64,000 bases of DNA, taken from Malacoraja senta. Taxonomy: Eukaryota. A program made the position numbers and the translations under genes. Every line of letters begins with the position of its first letter. The first letter of the stretch is position 1. Shown piece after piece: positions 1-11,709 of the stretch. The stretch covers positions 27,344,001 to 27,408,000 of the forward strand of contig CM075988.1 in NCBI GenBank assembly GCA_038087875.1. The letters run 5' to 3'. The notes beneath the pieces are model-generated. The model saw nothing but the letters and a program-made list of their open reading frames with translations, was not told where the DNA came from and did no database searches.

Positions 1-440
1 TGAGAAATGTGATGATCCCATTTGAAAGCAATTTTCTCTTAGTCATCAACCACCCACCCACTCCATCTCCAATTTCCTCCATCCGTTTAAGTTTAAAACA
101 CATCCTCAATCACATTATCTGTATTTTTGTTCATCACCAGACAAATTAATTCACCATTTGTAGTCTGACCTTCAGCTGCCCAGGCCCTTATACTCTGAAA
201 TAGCCTCCTTTAAAACACTTCTCCATATTTAACTTAATCAAGAGCTTTGGGGTTGTTTTTTTCCCTTCAGTAATCAATGATAGGACATTGGGTTTGTTAT
301 ACAAATGCAAGCAGCTTCTGTTGTTTTAACAGAACCAATACAGCGCCACAAGAATTTTTCCTAAATGTTTAATTAACTTTTATAATACCCGAGCAGCAAG
401 ATTTATGGCTCCAAAGGAAGATGTCGATAGGCATGCTAAC

Positions 441-518
441 CTTATTGAGATGCTCTGCAGATTTGGTATAATTTTTTTCCAACAAGGCTTGCTGATGTGT
501 TTCTAGGGCTGTATCAAA
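441..518 (-). CDS. ZW10: ZW10 coding exon 4 (gene continues beyond window start)
   Basis: ttttttccag acceptor, 78 nt, GTTAGC donor; FDTALETHQQALLEKNYTKSAEHLNK aligns with ZW10 [26 protein letters not shown]. Confidence 0.9.
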
Positions 519-678
519 CTGGAAAAAATAACAAATATTTTTTTTAAAAGTCACACTAATTCTAGCAGTCCCGAATATCTGCAAGTCAAACAAAAATACT
601 TCAAAGACAAGTACAGTGCCCTCATAATGTTTGGGACAAAGACCCATCGTTTATTTATTGCGTCTGTACTCCACAATT

Positions 679-1400
679 TATAGACAATAGACAATAGGTG
701 CAGGAGTAGCCCATTTGGCCCTTCGAGCCAGCACCGCCATTCAACGTGATCATGGCTGATCATCCCCAATCAGTACCCCGTTCCTGCTTTCTCCCCATAT
801 CCCCTGACTCCGCTATTTTTAAGAGCCCTATCTAGCTCTCTCTTGAAAGTATCCAGAGAACCCGTCTCCACTGCCCTCGGAGGCAGAGAATTCCACAGAC
901 TCACCACTTTCTGTGAGAAAAAGTGTTTCCTCATCTCCGTTCTAAATGGCTTATTCTTAAACTGTGGCCCCTGGTTCTGGACACCCCCAACATCGGGAAC
1001 ATGTTTCCTGCCTCTAGCGTGTCCAAGCCCTTAACAATCTTATATGTTTCAATGAGATCCCCTCTCATCCTTCTAAACTCCAGAGTGTACAAGCCCAGCT
1101 GCTCCATTCTCTCAGCATATGACAGTCCCGCCATCCTGGGAATTAACCTTGTAAACCTACGCTGCACTCCCTCAATAGCAAGAATGTCCTTCCTCAAATT
1201 AGGGGACCAAATCTGCACACAATACTCCAGGTGTGGTCTCATTAGGGCTCTGTACAATTGCAGAAGGACCTCTTTGCTATATTCGATTCCTCTTGTTATA
1301 AAGGCCAACAAGCCATTTGCTTTCTTCACTGCCTGCTGTACCTGCATGCTTACTTTCAGAGACTGATGTACAAGGACCCCCAGATCCCGTTGTACTGCCC
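679..1400 (-). mobile_element. CR1-clade LINE 3' fragment
   Basis: ORF 931..1467 has CR1 C-terminal motifs (RPHLEYCVQIWSP, EGVQRRFTRLIP, RRMRGDLIETYKI, RTRGH); short-repeat tail near 680-695. Confidence 0.9.
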
Positions 1401-1539
1401 CTTTTCCCAAAAAATTTTGAGATTTGTAATAGAGAAAAAAAAAATCACATGTTGTTAAAGTGCACATTGTCAGAATTTATTAAAAAGTATTTTTTATACT
1501 TTTTTGGTTTCACATTGTAGAAATTACAGCTGTGTTTAT

Positions 1540-1870
1540 ACATAGCAAACTATCCAAGCCCTTCCGCATAGTCCCTGCTTTCTCTACCTGCCCCTCCACT
1601 TATTTTCGTATTATCTGCAAACTTGGCCACAAAGCCAATCCCATTATCAAAATCATTAAATCATTATGAAGTTCGTAAGTGATAGGAACAGAATTAGGGC
1701 ATTCAGCCCATCTACTCCGCCATTCAATTATAGTTCATCGCTCTCTCCATCTCAATCCCATCCCTTCCTCCATAACCCCTGACACCCGTACTAATCAATA
1801 ATCTATCTATCTGTGTTTAAAATATCCATTGACTTGGCCTCCACAGCCTTCTGTGGCAATGAATTCAAGG
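1540..1870 (-). mobile_element. Degenerate CR1 LINE fragments
   Basis: Same 3'UTR sequence (ttcagcccatc...ccattcaat...ggcctccacagccttctgtggc) as other CR1 copies in the window. Confidence 0.7.
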
Positions 1871-1936
1871 GAAAATTTATAGACAATAAATAAAATTTCA
1901 GAATGGGGAAAATAAGGAATCATCAAATATATTTAC

Positions 1937-2038
1937 CTCATGTAATTGTGTTAACACACTCAATAAAACTGTACTTTTTTCCAACTGTTGTTTCAGTTCA
2001 CTGAACTCAGTAACAGCAACACGGAGGTCTCTCTGAAC
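1937..2038 (-). CDS. ZW10: ZW10 coding exon 3
   Basis: ttttaaacag acceptor, 102 nt, GTAAAT donor; VQRDLRVAVTEFSELKQQLEKSTVLLSVLTQLHE matches ZW10 [34 protein letters not shown]. Not shown in the ORF track. Confidence 0.95.
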
Positions 2039-2514
2039 CTGTTTAAAAAAAACATGCAAGATAATCACCGAAAACTCTGTACCTTAAATCTAAAGGAAGT
2101 ACATATTTCATATCTCGAGTTTTAGCTCAAAATAAAAAAATCATATTGATTTTGTACGATGCAAAGCAAGCTATGTCAATAAGAGACAAAATTATGTTTT
2201 TTCTAAATATTTTGGTCAAGGAGCCTAGATAGAACCTGGCATAATCAGCAAATGTAAAAACATCTAGAGAAAGTTTTAAACTCGTGTTTCCAATGCTTTT
2301 ACATTAATTTATAAGGTAAATACATAGTGAAAGATCTATTTTAAACTGTGAGGAAAAATAAATAGCACCAAAATGTTAGCAGCCATTTGGCAGACCTGGT
2401 TTCTTTACGTGTATTATGTTGGCAACAGCATAATCAACGTTTTTATAAAATAACATGGAATGGTCCACAAGAACTCTTGAATATTTTAAATGAATAAACA
2501 TTATTATTTAAATA

Positions 2515-3060
2515 AAGTCAGTCATACTGCGCAGAAACAAGCCCTTCTGCCCAACATGTTCCAATTACACCAGTGCCACCTGCCTACGATTGGCTCATAT
2601 CCCTCCAAACCTGTCCTATCCATGTACCTGCCAAACGTCTCTTAACCATTGCAATAGCAGACTTGGTTTCAACTGCTTCAACTACCTCCCCTGGCAGCTT
2701 GTTCCATACACCCACCACCCTTTAGAGTCAGAGTCATATAGACCAACAATACACATCTGGGCAAGAGACTCTCTGTGTCCACTCGATCTATTCCGCTCGT
2801 GATTTTATACACCTCTGTAAGATCACTCTTCATCCTCCTACGCTCCAGGGAATAGGGTCCCAGCCTGCTCAAACTCTTCCTATACTTCAGACCCTCTAGT
2901 CCTGGCAACATCCTTGTAAATCTTCTCTGCACCCTTTCCAACTTAACATCTTTCCTATAGCATGATGCTCAGAACTGAACTCAATATTCTAAATGCAGCC
3001 TCACCAACATCTTGTTGACCTCCCAACTTCTATACTCAATACTCTGACTGATACTTTGAC
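2515..3060 (-). mobile_element. CR1 LINE 3' fragment (second subfamily)
   Basis: ORF 2678..2941 ERVQRRFTRMLPGLEGL...LERRRMKSDLTEVYKI. Confidence 0.85.
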
Positions 3061-3300
3061 CTGCTGTCAAACATTAACACTTAGTAATATTACAACTCTG
3101 TACATGCATCCATGTGCTGTCTTCCTCAATGCCCAAGCTCAGTATGACTTGCAGCATGCCAGTACAATTATGTCAGGAGCACTGTGAACGGGCACCCCCA
3201 AGATCAAAAATACATCCGGTTGCAATCCCCTTGTCTTAATCAATGAGGCCTTGTTACAATCTGTCATTCCATTCCAGCTGGATAGTTTTTTTCTAGTTAC

Positions 3301-3435
3301 CTCATTTTCAATTTGTGACTTAAGGACATCAATCTCCATCGATATTTCAACCACCTGATTTACCAAATCCTCTCCATTTTTTAAACTTGGGATGAACTCC
3401 TCATACTTCTTGTTTATTGTGTTGCAAACTTCACC
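3301..3435 (-). CDS. ZW10: ZW10 coding exon 2
   Basis: ttttttcctag acceptor, 135 nt, GTAACT donor, phase 0; GEVCNTINKKYEEFIPSLKNGEDLVNQVVEISMEIDVLKSQIENE matches ZW10 GEVCNMISKKYSEFLPS...DIDLLKSRIESE. Confidence 0.95.
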
Positions 3436-4189
3436 CTAGGAAAAAATATACAATTCAGTTGAAAGTTTCAGTTATCTTAATCCTCTTAAAAGCTCAACAC
3501 CACCATAAACAAGCAAAAAGGCTTAAAACTGAAAAAATACAAGCTTCATCTTGTCATCTTTGAAAAATAATAAATTGTTGAAAAATGAAAATGAATAATG
3601 AAAAATGAGTTAGTGAAATACCTTATTATTCAAGAAAATAATAAAATGCAACACGTGAAAGTGCAGCATACGGAATAAGCCAATATTTAAAGCTTTTGTT
3701 CCCTGTAGCCAACATTATTGCAAGAAATATAAACAAAGAAATATGAAAGCTTACTGATTCCATTTAAACTATTAGACAAAAATAAAGATGTAATCTTCAT
3801 ATTTTGTGACATATTCAACAAAGCACCTAATGCTGGATGTCTGTCATTGCTTATGATAATAATGGGTGTAATTTGAGTCAATGGATTAAGGAATATTAAA
3901 GTGTAATTGGTTTGAATGCATTATATAAATGACATTAATTTGCAGAACAACTCCAATGATACTGGTAATATAGATACAAACAAGACTTCTACTATAAGAA
4001 AAAAATAAGGATGCTGAGGATACTAAAACCTTCCTTCAATGCTAAAATTAATCTGAAGACACGCCTCTCTCTCCCTCCCCTTAGTGCAATTGGACACAAC
4101 TCTTGCAATAGTAGACTTGTTCTTTTTTTCCCTCTCAATATCTTGTTTTATCCAAATAGTTTGTTTGACAATCTATACAGCTACGATGT

Positions 4190-5450
4190 TGCTGTAGGCT
4201 AGGCTTTGTGGCTGGACCTCACTGTGAGGAAAGAGTTAACAGACATGGTTGATTTAGACTAGGGATAGAAAAATGGCTTGGGGTGTCAGCAGAAGCCAGA
4301 CTGCTGGTAAAATAGAAAATAACGATATATAGAACAGTGGGCGGCGCGACTCTCGTCAGCAGCGGCCTCTGCAGCCCGTCTGTCTTTTTATTATTTTTGT
4401 CTCGTTTCTATGTAGTTTTTATTAATTTTTTTTGTCGGGGTATGTGTGTGGTGGGGGGGGGACTTTAAAATCTTTGCCCTGTACGGGAGACCCAACCTTT
4501 TCTTTGTCGGGTCTCCGTTGTCGTTGGGGCTGGGCAACGTGGAGCGGCCTCCAGCAGGGACGACCTGGGGCTCCAGTTGCGGAGCTGCGGACTACTCACC
4601 GTCACGGGGCTGGCCGAGTCCGGAGCGGGTGGAGCTGCGGTGGAGACAATCGCTGCTGCAACCCGACCCCCGGAGATTCGGAGGCTACAACCGCGGGTCT
4701 GGCGGACGGCAACACCGGAAGCCCACGGGTCCCTGGTGGGAGACCGCTTTTCGGGGCTTCCGCAGCGGCGACTTCTCCCGCCCGAGTTGCGGGGTTGAAG
4801 AGCACCTGGAGCGGGGCTTTACATCACCGCCCCGCGCGGCTTGGAATGGCCGCGGGGCCTTGCGTGCGCGCGCCGGGGCTCTAACACCAAGACCCGGTGC
4901 GCGACCTTGCATCACCCGGCGTGGCTTTAATGGCCGCGGGACAATCACCATCGCCCGCCGGGGGCTTTGACTTTCACTCTGACATCGGGGGGGGGGGGGG
5001 GAGTGCAGTGGAGAGATACGTTTTTTTGCCTTCCATCACAGCGCTGTGACGTATGTATGTGTAAATTGTAAATTGTGTTGTGACTCGGGTCTTTTTCGTT
5101 TTGTAATGTATGGCTGCAGAAACCCCTCAACGGGGTCCAAATGACAAATAAATTGTATTGTATTGTATTGTATTGTATGATATGGGAGGTGTCTTTGACG
5201 TCGGGTGGACGTTCCAGGACGTTCTCGTGGGAATGTGGGCTTTATGTTATGATTGGAAGAAGCTCAATGGGGAGGGATGAGGGTGTGACAATGATACCCA
5301 TGAAATGTATAAAGATAGAAGACATCCCGATCCTCGGTGTGCCTCTAGGGGACATCAGAGGAGAGGCACCTATTCTGCAGAATATGATTTAAATAAAAAG
5401 CTTCTTTGCCAACTTTGTCTCTAAAAGCGTTTGTGATTTTGAATCTCACA
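4190..5450 (+). mobile_element. Possible solo LTR interrupted by the 4337-5176 insertion
   Basis: The part after the insertion has TATAAA (5308), AATAAA (~5392) and ends ...tctcaCA (5450), an LTR U3-R-U5-like layout; the part before begins TGT. No TSD confirmed. Confidence 0.35.
4337..5176 (+). mobile_element. GC/CpG-rich non-autonomous retroposon with (TATTG)n tail
   Basis: Abrupt compositional shift; ends aaatgacaaataaattgtattgtattgtattgta, resembling the aaatgacaataaag-plus-microsatellite tail of the Rex1/Babar copy at ~23270; no recognisable protein. Confidence 0.55.
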
Positions 5451-5509
5451 CCACCATACTTGTGCCTCTCAATAAACTCAATTTGAACTTGATTTGAATC
5501 CAACAATAT

Positions 5510-6257
5510 ATCCCCACTACTCCACTCCCCTCCCTCCTCTCCTTCCCCAGCCCCACTCCACTGCCCTCACCTCTCTTCATCCTCTACCGCCGCCCTTTAC
5601 CCTGCACTCCCCACTCACCTCACCTGTCTTCCTCCCTTCATACCCTGCACTCTACTCAACCTCACCTGTTTTCCTCCCTCCCCTGTCTCCCTCCCCCTCC
5701 ATCAAACCCTCACTCTCCTCACCTCACCTGTCTTCCCCTCCCTCCTACCTGCTCTCCCCGCTCACCTCCTTCCAGAAGCCGAGCCAGCTCAGCAGTCCCG
5801 CAACCCCGCTAAGATAAGCTCCCCCTCAACCTCACCTGTCTCCCTCCCTCCCCTGCTCCCTCCTCCATACACTGCACCCCTCACATCACCTGTCTTCCTC
5901 CCTCCCCTCTGTCTTCCTCCCCTCTCTCCCCATCCCCACACCTCTCTCCCTCCCCCCATACCCTCCCTCCCCTCAACCTCCCCTGTCTCTCCCTCCCTCT
6001 CCCCATCCCCACACCTCTCTCCCTCCCCCCATACCCTCCCTCCCCTGTCTCTCCCCCTCCCTCTCCCCTCTCCCCTCTCCCCTCTCCCCTCTCCCCCTCC
6101 CCTCTCCCCCTCCCCCTCCCCTCTCCCCTCTCCCTCTCCCCCTCTCCCCCTCCCTCCTCCCCTCTCCCCCTCCCTCTCCCTCTCCCCCTCCCCCTCTCCC
6201 CTCTCCCCCTCCCCCTCCCCCTCCCCCCTCCCCCTCCCCTCTCCCCTCTCCCCTCTC
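5510..6257. repeat. Polypyrimidine/polypurine low-complexity tract (CCCTCT/CCCCT-like) in ZW10 intron 1
   Basis: Nearly pure C/T on plus from ~6040 to 6257; G-rich on the ZW10 sense strand. Confidence 0.9.
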
Positions 6258-6610
6258 CGGATACGTTTGCGCGCGTGCAGGACACGAGCCGCCAGGCCTT
6301 TGGTGTTTTCACCTTGACTTCCTCCACACGACGAGCCAGGCGGCCGATCTTGGTGCCGATATCGTCCTTCTCCAGCTTTCCCGCCGACTCCAAAACCTCG
6401 GCCACGAACGACGACATCTTCCAGCCTCCACCGCGCAGATGGCCGCAAGGCACGGCGGGAAATGTAGTTTATATTGCGCACACACCTCCCGTGAGCCTCC
6501 ACTGCGCAGATGGCCGCAAGGCGCGGCGGGAAATGTAGTTTATAACCGCACACAACTCCCGCGAGCCTCCGGGCGCCCCAGCGCAAGGCGAGGCGGGAAA
6601 TGCAGGTCAT
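6255..6610 (-). promoter_or_regulatory. CpG-rich ZW10 promoter/first exon with three tandem ~71-bp units
   Basis: High CpG density. Units start at 6423, 6494 and 6564; each carries GGCGGGAAATG(TAGTT), whose reverse complement ACTACATTTCCCGCC is a ZNF143/THAP11-type ACTACA-N2-TCCC motif overlapping an E2F-type TTTCCCGC. YY1-like AGATGGCCGC in units 1-2. Confidence 0.7.
6313..6417 (-). CDS. ZW10: ZW10 kinetochore protein, coding exon 1
   Basis: ATG at 6417-6415; translates [35 protein letters not shown], matching the recalled vertebrate ZW10 N-terminus ([35 protein letters not shown]); 105 nt followed by a GTGAAA donor. Confidence 0.95.
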
Positions 6611-6644
6611 TGGAATCAGAGTATCTTTGACCACAACCACCCAC

Positions 6645-7000
6645 AACTACAAACCTGCACGTCTTTTGGGATGTGGGAGGAAACCAGAGCACCTTGCCAC
6701 TGCCCCAGAGACCCGGGTTCGATCCTGACTACGGGTGCTGTCTGTGCGGAGTTTGCACGTTCTCCCTGAGACAGTACTTTTGATCAGTACGGGTGCCAAA
6801 GGTTATGGGGTGAAGCCAGGAGAATGGGGTTAGGAGGGAGATAGATCAGCCATGATTGAATGGCGGAGTAAACCTGATGGGCCAAATGGCCTAATTCTGC
6901 TATTTCTTATGACCATTTCCTCCACAGATGCTGCCTGACCCGCTGTGTTCCTCCAGCACTCTGTGTTTTGTTCAGGATTCCAGCATCTGCAGTTCCTCTT
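6645..7000. mobile_element. Mosaic of tRNA-derived SINE pieces, CR1 3' end and Penelope 3' end
   Basis: ccagagacccgggttcgatcctgact (B-box-like SINE head), CR1 3'UTR, and gatgctgcctgacccgctg...ccagcatctgcagtt (PLE end). Confidence 0.7.
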
Positions 7001-7479
7001 GCCAAAGCTAGAAAACCTGAAATTTAGTCCAGTTGAGTCTAGTTTCTTGTCACGTGTACCGAGGCGCAGTGAAGAGTTTTTGTTGCATGCTGCACTGCAG
7101 AGAGAACTCAAGGGTTTACTGCAATTCATGCTGCATCTCCCCCTCCCCCTCCCAAAAGAAAACCAAATTCTTGTTTCACCTCGGCAGGATTCAGTGCCTG
7201 CGCCCCAGTTACACCATAACCAGATTTCTTAGCTTTGGTGAGATGTATTGAGAGTCAAGAATTCCAGAGACACAAAATAAAAAGAGACCAATATACAAGA
7301 TCACGGCTCTTTATTAATGGCTTTTACAATGACCTTAGAAAAGGTGGGTGGGATTTGAGTCACCTGCTGCAAAAGAAAGGGAAGTGAGGACTTCAGAACA
7401 ACTCCTTGGTTGGACAATAGACCCACTGGTCCTCATGACCCCAACAGGTTAAGTCTTGCTGTCTACATAGACAACTTTT

Positions 7480-7610
7480 GGATGGGTACATACTGAGTAA
7501 CGTCCTGCACCCTGGAAGAGCAGTGTCCAGAGTGGTTACAGTGGGTTTCTGGTGACATCTGATCTCTCTCTTTGGATCAGGTTGCAGACCGTAGTGACGA
7601 GGCTTCAATG
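7480..7610 (-). pseudogene. Histone H3-like segment A3 (alphaN region)
   Basis: Reads KPRHYGLQPDPKREIRCHQKPT versus H3 [22 protein letters not shown]; after a frameshift, LLFQG..QDVTQY resembles LPFQR..EIAQD. Confidence 0.65.
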
Positions 7611-7749
7611 GGCTTCTGCTCGATTTTTCCCTCTGGCACTGTGCAGCAAAATGTTGGAGGTAGATCATCAGCCATGGACTTGAAGGGCAGGGCAACGCTG
7701 AAGATCCCAAAGGCCCATTGTTTCTACAAATACTGAGCGATCCTGCACA

Positions 7750-8195
7750 TACAAATAACAAGGCAAATGCAATGTTAACATTCATTTCAAGACAACTGGA
7801 ATATAAACTCAAAAAGCTGGAGTAACTAAAATATATAAAAATAGATGTAATGCTGAGGCTGAGAAGTAGCAGTTGGAATACAGCATTGCAAAATGTGTAG
7901 TCATGCATTTTGGTAGTAGGAATAAAGGAATAAAGTAGTCTATTTTCTAAATGGGGAGAGAATTCAGGATTTGGAGGTGCAAAGGGACTCGGGAGTGCTG
8001 CTGCAGGATTCCTAAAAAGTTAATTTGCAAGTTGAATCGGTGGTAAGGAAGGCGAATGCAAAGCCGGCAGTTATTTTGAGAGGGCTAGAATACAAATACA
8101 GGGATGTAATGCTGAGGAGTTCCTAGGGCACTGGTCAGACCGCATTTGGAATATTGTGAGCAGTTTTGGGCACCAAATCTCAGGAAGGATGTTGG
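7750..8195 (+). mobile_element. CR1 LINE fragments; the host copy continues at 10154-10862
   Basis: aggcaaatgcaatgtta...ctggtcagaccgcatttggaatattgtgagcagttttgggc; continuation ORF 10211..10615 LGLYLLEFRRMRG...NFFSQRVVKLWNSLP. Confidence 0.85.
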
Positions 8196-8197
8196 TC

Positions 8198-10150
8198 ATA
8201 GAAACATAGAAAATAGGTGCAGGAGGAGACCATTCGGCCCTTCGAGCCAGCACCGCCATTCATAGTGATCATGGCTGATCGTCCCCTATCACTAACCGTG
8301 CCTGCCTTCTCCCCATATCCCTTGACTCCACCAGCCCCTAGAGCTCAATCTAACTCTCTCTTAAATCCATCCAGTGATTTGGCCTCCACTGTCCTCTGTG
8401 GCAGGGAATTCCATAAATTCACAACTCTCTGGGTGAAAAGGTTTTTTCTCACCTCAGTCTTAAATTACCTCCCCTTTATTCTAAGACTGTGGCCCCTGGT
8501 TCTGGACTCGCCCAACATTGGGAACATTTTTCCTGCATCTAGCTTGTCCAGTCCTTTTATAATTTTATGTTTCTATACGATGCCCCCTCATCCTTCTAAA
8601 CTCCAGTGAATACAAGCCTAGTCTTTTCAATCTTTCCTCATAAGACAGTCCCGCCTTCCCAGGGATCAATCTCGTGAACCTACGCTGCACTGCCTCAATC
8701 ACAAGGATGTCCTTCCTCAAATTAGGAGACCAAAACTGTATACAATACTCCAGATGTGGTCTCACCAGAGCCCTATACAACTGCAGAAGAACCTCTTTAC
8801 TCCTATACTGAAATCCTCTTGTTATGAAGTCCAACATTCCATTAGCTTTCCTCACTGCCTGCTGTACCTGCACGCCAACTTTCAGTGACCGGTGTACAAG
8901 GACACCCAGGTCTCGCTGTATCTCCCCCTTATCTAACCTAACCCCATTGAGATAATAATCTGCCCCCTTGTTTTTGCCGCTAAAGTGGATAACCACACAT
9001 TTATCTATATTATACTGCATCTGCCACGCATCTGCCCACTCACTCAACCTGTCCAGGTCACCCTGCAACCTCCTAACATCCTCTTCACAGTTCACACTGC
9101 CACCCTGCTTTGTGTCATCCGCAAACTTGCTAGTGTTGCTCCTAATTCCTTTTTCCAAATCATTAATATATATGGTAAACAGTTGCGGCCCCAACACCGA
9201 GCCTTGCGGCACTCCACTCGCCACTGCCTGCCATTCTGAAAAGGACCCATTCACTCCTACTCTTTGCTTCCGACCTGCCAACCAATTTTCTATGCATGTC
9301 AACACCCTACCCCCAATACCATGTGCTCTAATTTTAGTCACCAGTCTCCCGTGCGGGACCTTATCAAAGGCTTTCTGAAAGTCTAGATACACTACATCCA
9401 CTGGCACCCCGTCATCCATTTTACTTGTCACATCCTCAAAAAATTCCAGAAGATTAGTCAAGCATGATTTCCCTTTCATAAATCCATGTTGACTTGGACT
9501 AATCCTTTTACCGCTATCCAAATGCCCCATTATTACCTCTTAATTAATTGACTCCAGCATCTTTCCCACCACCGAAGTCAGGCTAACTGGTCTGTAATTC
9601 CCCGTTTTCTCTCACGCTCCTTTCTTGAAAAGTGGGATAACATTAGCTATCCTCCAATCCACAGGAACTGATCCTGAATCTATTGAACATTGGAAAATGA
9701 TCACCAATGCGTCCACTATTTCTAGAGCCACCTCCCTGAGGACCCTGGGATGCAGACCATCAGGCCCAGGGGATTTATCATCCTTCAGTCCCATTAGCCT
9801 ACCCAATACTATTTCTCGCCTAATGAAAATTTATTTCAGTTCCTCTACCCCCTTAGATCCTCTGTCCTCCAGTACATCTGGGAGATTGTTTGTCTTCCTT
9901 AGTGAAGACAGAACCGAAGTACCTATTCAACTCTTCTGCCATTTCCTTGTTGCCCATAATAATTTCACCCGTGTCTGCCTTCAAGGGACCGACATTTGAC
10001 TTTGCTACTCTTTTTCCCTTAACATATCTAAAGAAGCTTTTACTGTCCTTCTTTATATTCCTGGCCAGCTTCCCCTCGTACTTCATCTTTTCAGCCCGTA
10101 TTGCCCGTTTTGTTTCCTTCTGTTGTCCTAAGAAAGTTTCCCAATCCTCT
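8198..10150 (-). mobile_element. 5'-truncated CR1 LINE (~2 kb) with RT domain, nested in an opposite-strand CR1
   Basis: ORF 8565..9530: [42 protein letters not shown]; upstream KSPGPDGLHP; tandem-repeat tail at 8198; candidate TSD TGGTC at 8193-8197 and 10150-10154. Confidence 0.95.
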
Positions 10151-11029
10151 GGTCCAGAGAACATTTACGAGAATGATCTCAGGAATGACTGGATTAAGAT
10201 ATGATGGCGTTTGGCGGCACTGGGCCTGTACTTGCTGGAGTTTAGAAGGATGAGGGGGAAACTCATTGAAACTTACCGAATAGTAAAAGTGGATGTGGAG
10301 AGTATGTTTCTACCAGTCGGAGAGTCTTGGACCAGAAGCCATAGCCTCAGAATAAAAGGACGTACCTTGAGAAAGATGAGAAGGAATTTCTTTAGTCAGA
10401 GAGTGGTGAAGCTGTGGAATTCATTGCCACAGACGGAGATGGAGGCCAAGTCAATGGATATTTTTGAGGCAGAGATTGACAGATTTTTTATTAGTACGGG
10501 TATCGGGTTATGGGGCGAAGGCAGGAGAATGGGGTTGAGAGGGAAAGATGGATCAGCTCTGATTGAATGGCAGAGTAAACTTGATGGGCTGAATGGCTTT
10601 ATTCTGCTCCTGTAACATGAATTTCTTTAGGGAGAGGGCGGTGAATCTGTGGAATTATTTGCCACAGACGGCAGCGGAGGCCAAGTCATTGGGAATTTTT
10701 AAAGCGGAGATTGACAGGTTCTTGATTAGTAAGGGGATCAAAGGTTATGGGGAGAAGGCAGGAGAGTGTTGAGAAGGAAATATAGATCAGCCATGGTTGA
10801 ATGGTGGAGTAGACTCGATAGGCTGAATGGCCTAATTTTGGTCCTATGACTAATTAAGTTATGACAAGTGGCACTGGCAGAGCAGTTTGAAGACCGACAG
10901 CTGTCTACATTGTTGGTGGCACAGGAGCTGCTTCAGACAGTGAGAGATCGGGAGCCATGAATATGCTGCCAGTGAGTGTTCTACAACTGTTTGTAAGGTC
11001 TATCTCGTGGGGAATTGCAGAGGAAGGAT

Positions 11030-11200
11030 ACCCAAGTAAAGGTCTTACCTGAATTCCCGAGCGTTGTCCCATACCAGGCACGGGAAGGCAGTTCAGCGGA
11101 GAAGCAGCTCAGTCTATTCCCAGTAGCACCACATCCTCCTCAGGAACACAGAAGAGTAAGGAGCGATGAAGCTTCTACATGTTTCCCTTGGTCCATGGCC
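11030..11200 (-). pseudogene. Histone H3-like segment A1
   Basis: KLHRS..(frameshift)..LRRMWCYWE*TELLLR*TAFPCLVWDNAREFR*DLYL versus H3 KPHRY...[37 protein letters not shown]; same reading frame as A2 across a linker with one stop. Confidence 0.75.
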
Positions 11201-11709
11201 ATCTCTTCAGATCTTGTCCTTTGGTCAATCTCCGGTCAATCAGAGGCTGATGATCACCCTGGAAAAAGTTCAATCTCTTCCCTTCTTTGTTCTCCCATGG
11301 TCAGGGGCCTCGAGACTTCCGTTGACGGGACGATCTTGGATCCCGTAGCCGCCGATCGGGTCCTCTGCGTCGGGGCGATCAAGCTCCTGCATTGGGGGGA
11401 TCTCTGCTCCCCTGCGCCAGGCGATCAGACCACGGGTTGGGGCTGGTCGAACCTCCTGCGACTTTCGACCTTCCTGACATCAGTCTCTTGATTGGGAGCT
11501 CCTTGATGTTGAAATCTGCAGGCCGCTGTTGGAGTGTCGATCCCAGGCAAGGGATCGCAGGCTCCGATGGTAAGTCCACGGCCCTGCAGTGGGGCTCAAG
11601 TCAAGGGCCTGTCCCACTTGGGAGATTTTTTAGCGGACTGCCGGCGACTGTCAAGTTTCCGGCACTCGCCTGTAAAACTGGGAACTGGTACGGCGACTGT
11701 CAGAGTGGA

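Larger units (their letters stand above)
7670..10960 (-). pseudogene. Histone H3-like segment A2, split by ~3.1 kb of CR1 insertions (pieces 10865-10960 and 7670-7747)
   Basis: Joined pieces read LKQLLCHQQCRQLSVFKLLCQCHLCRIAQYL*KQWAFGIFSV, aligning without gaps to H3 [42 protein letters not shown]; three Arg-to-Cys changes fit CpG decay. Confidence 0.6.

Noticed and set aside
4337..5176. CpG-rich block as a CpG-island promoter or gene (ORFs of 150-174 aa)
   Set aside because: Ends in a retroposon-type microsatellite tail; ORFs occur in many frames because of high GC and show no recognisable domain.
5789..6646. 285-aa and 190-aa Gly/Glu/Arg-rich ORFs
   Set aside because: Read-through of the purine-rich intron; only 6417-6313 (ZW10 exon 1) is coding.
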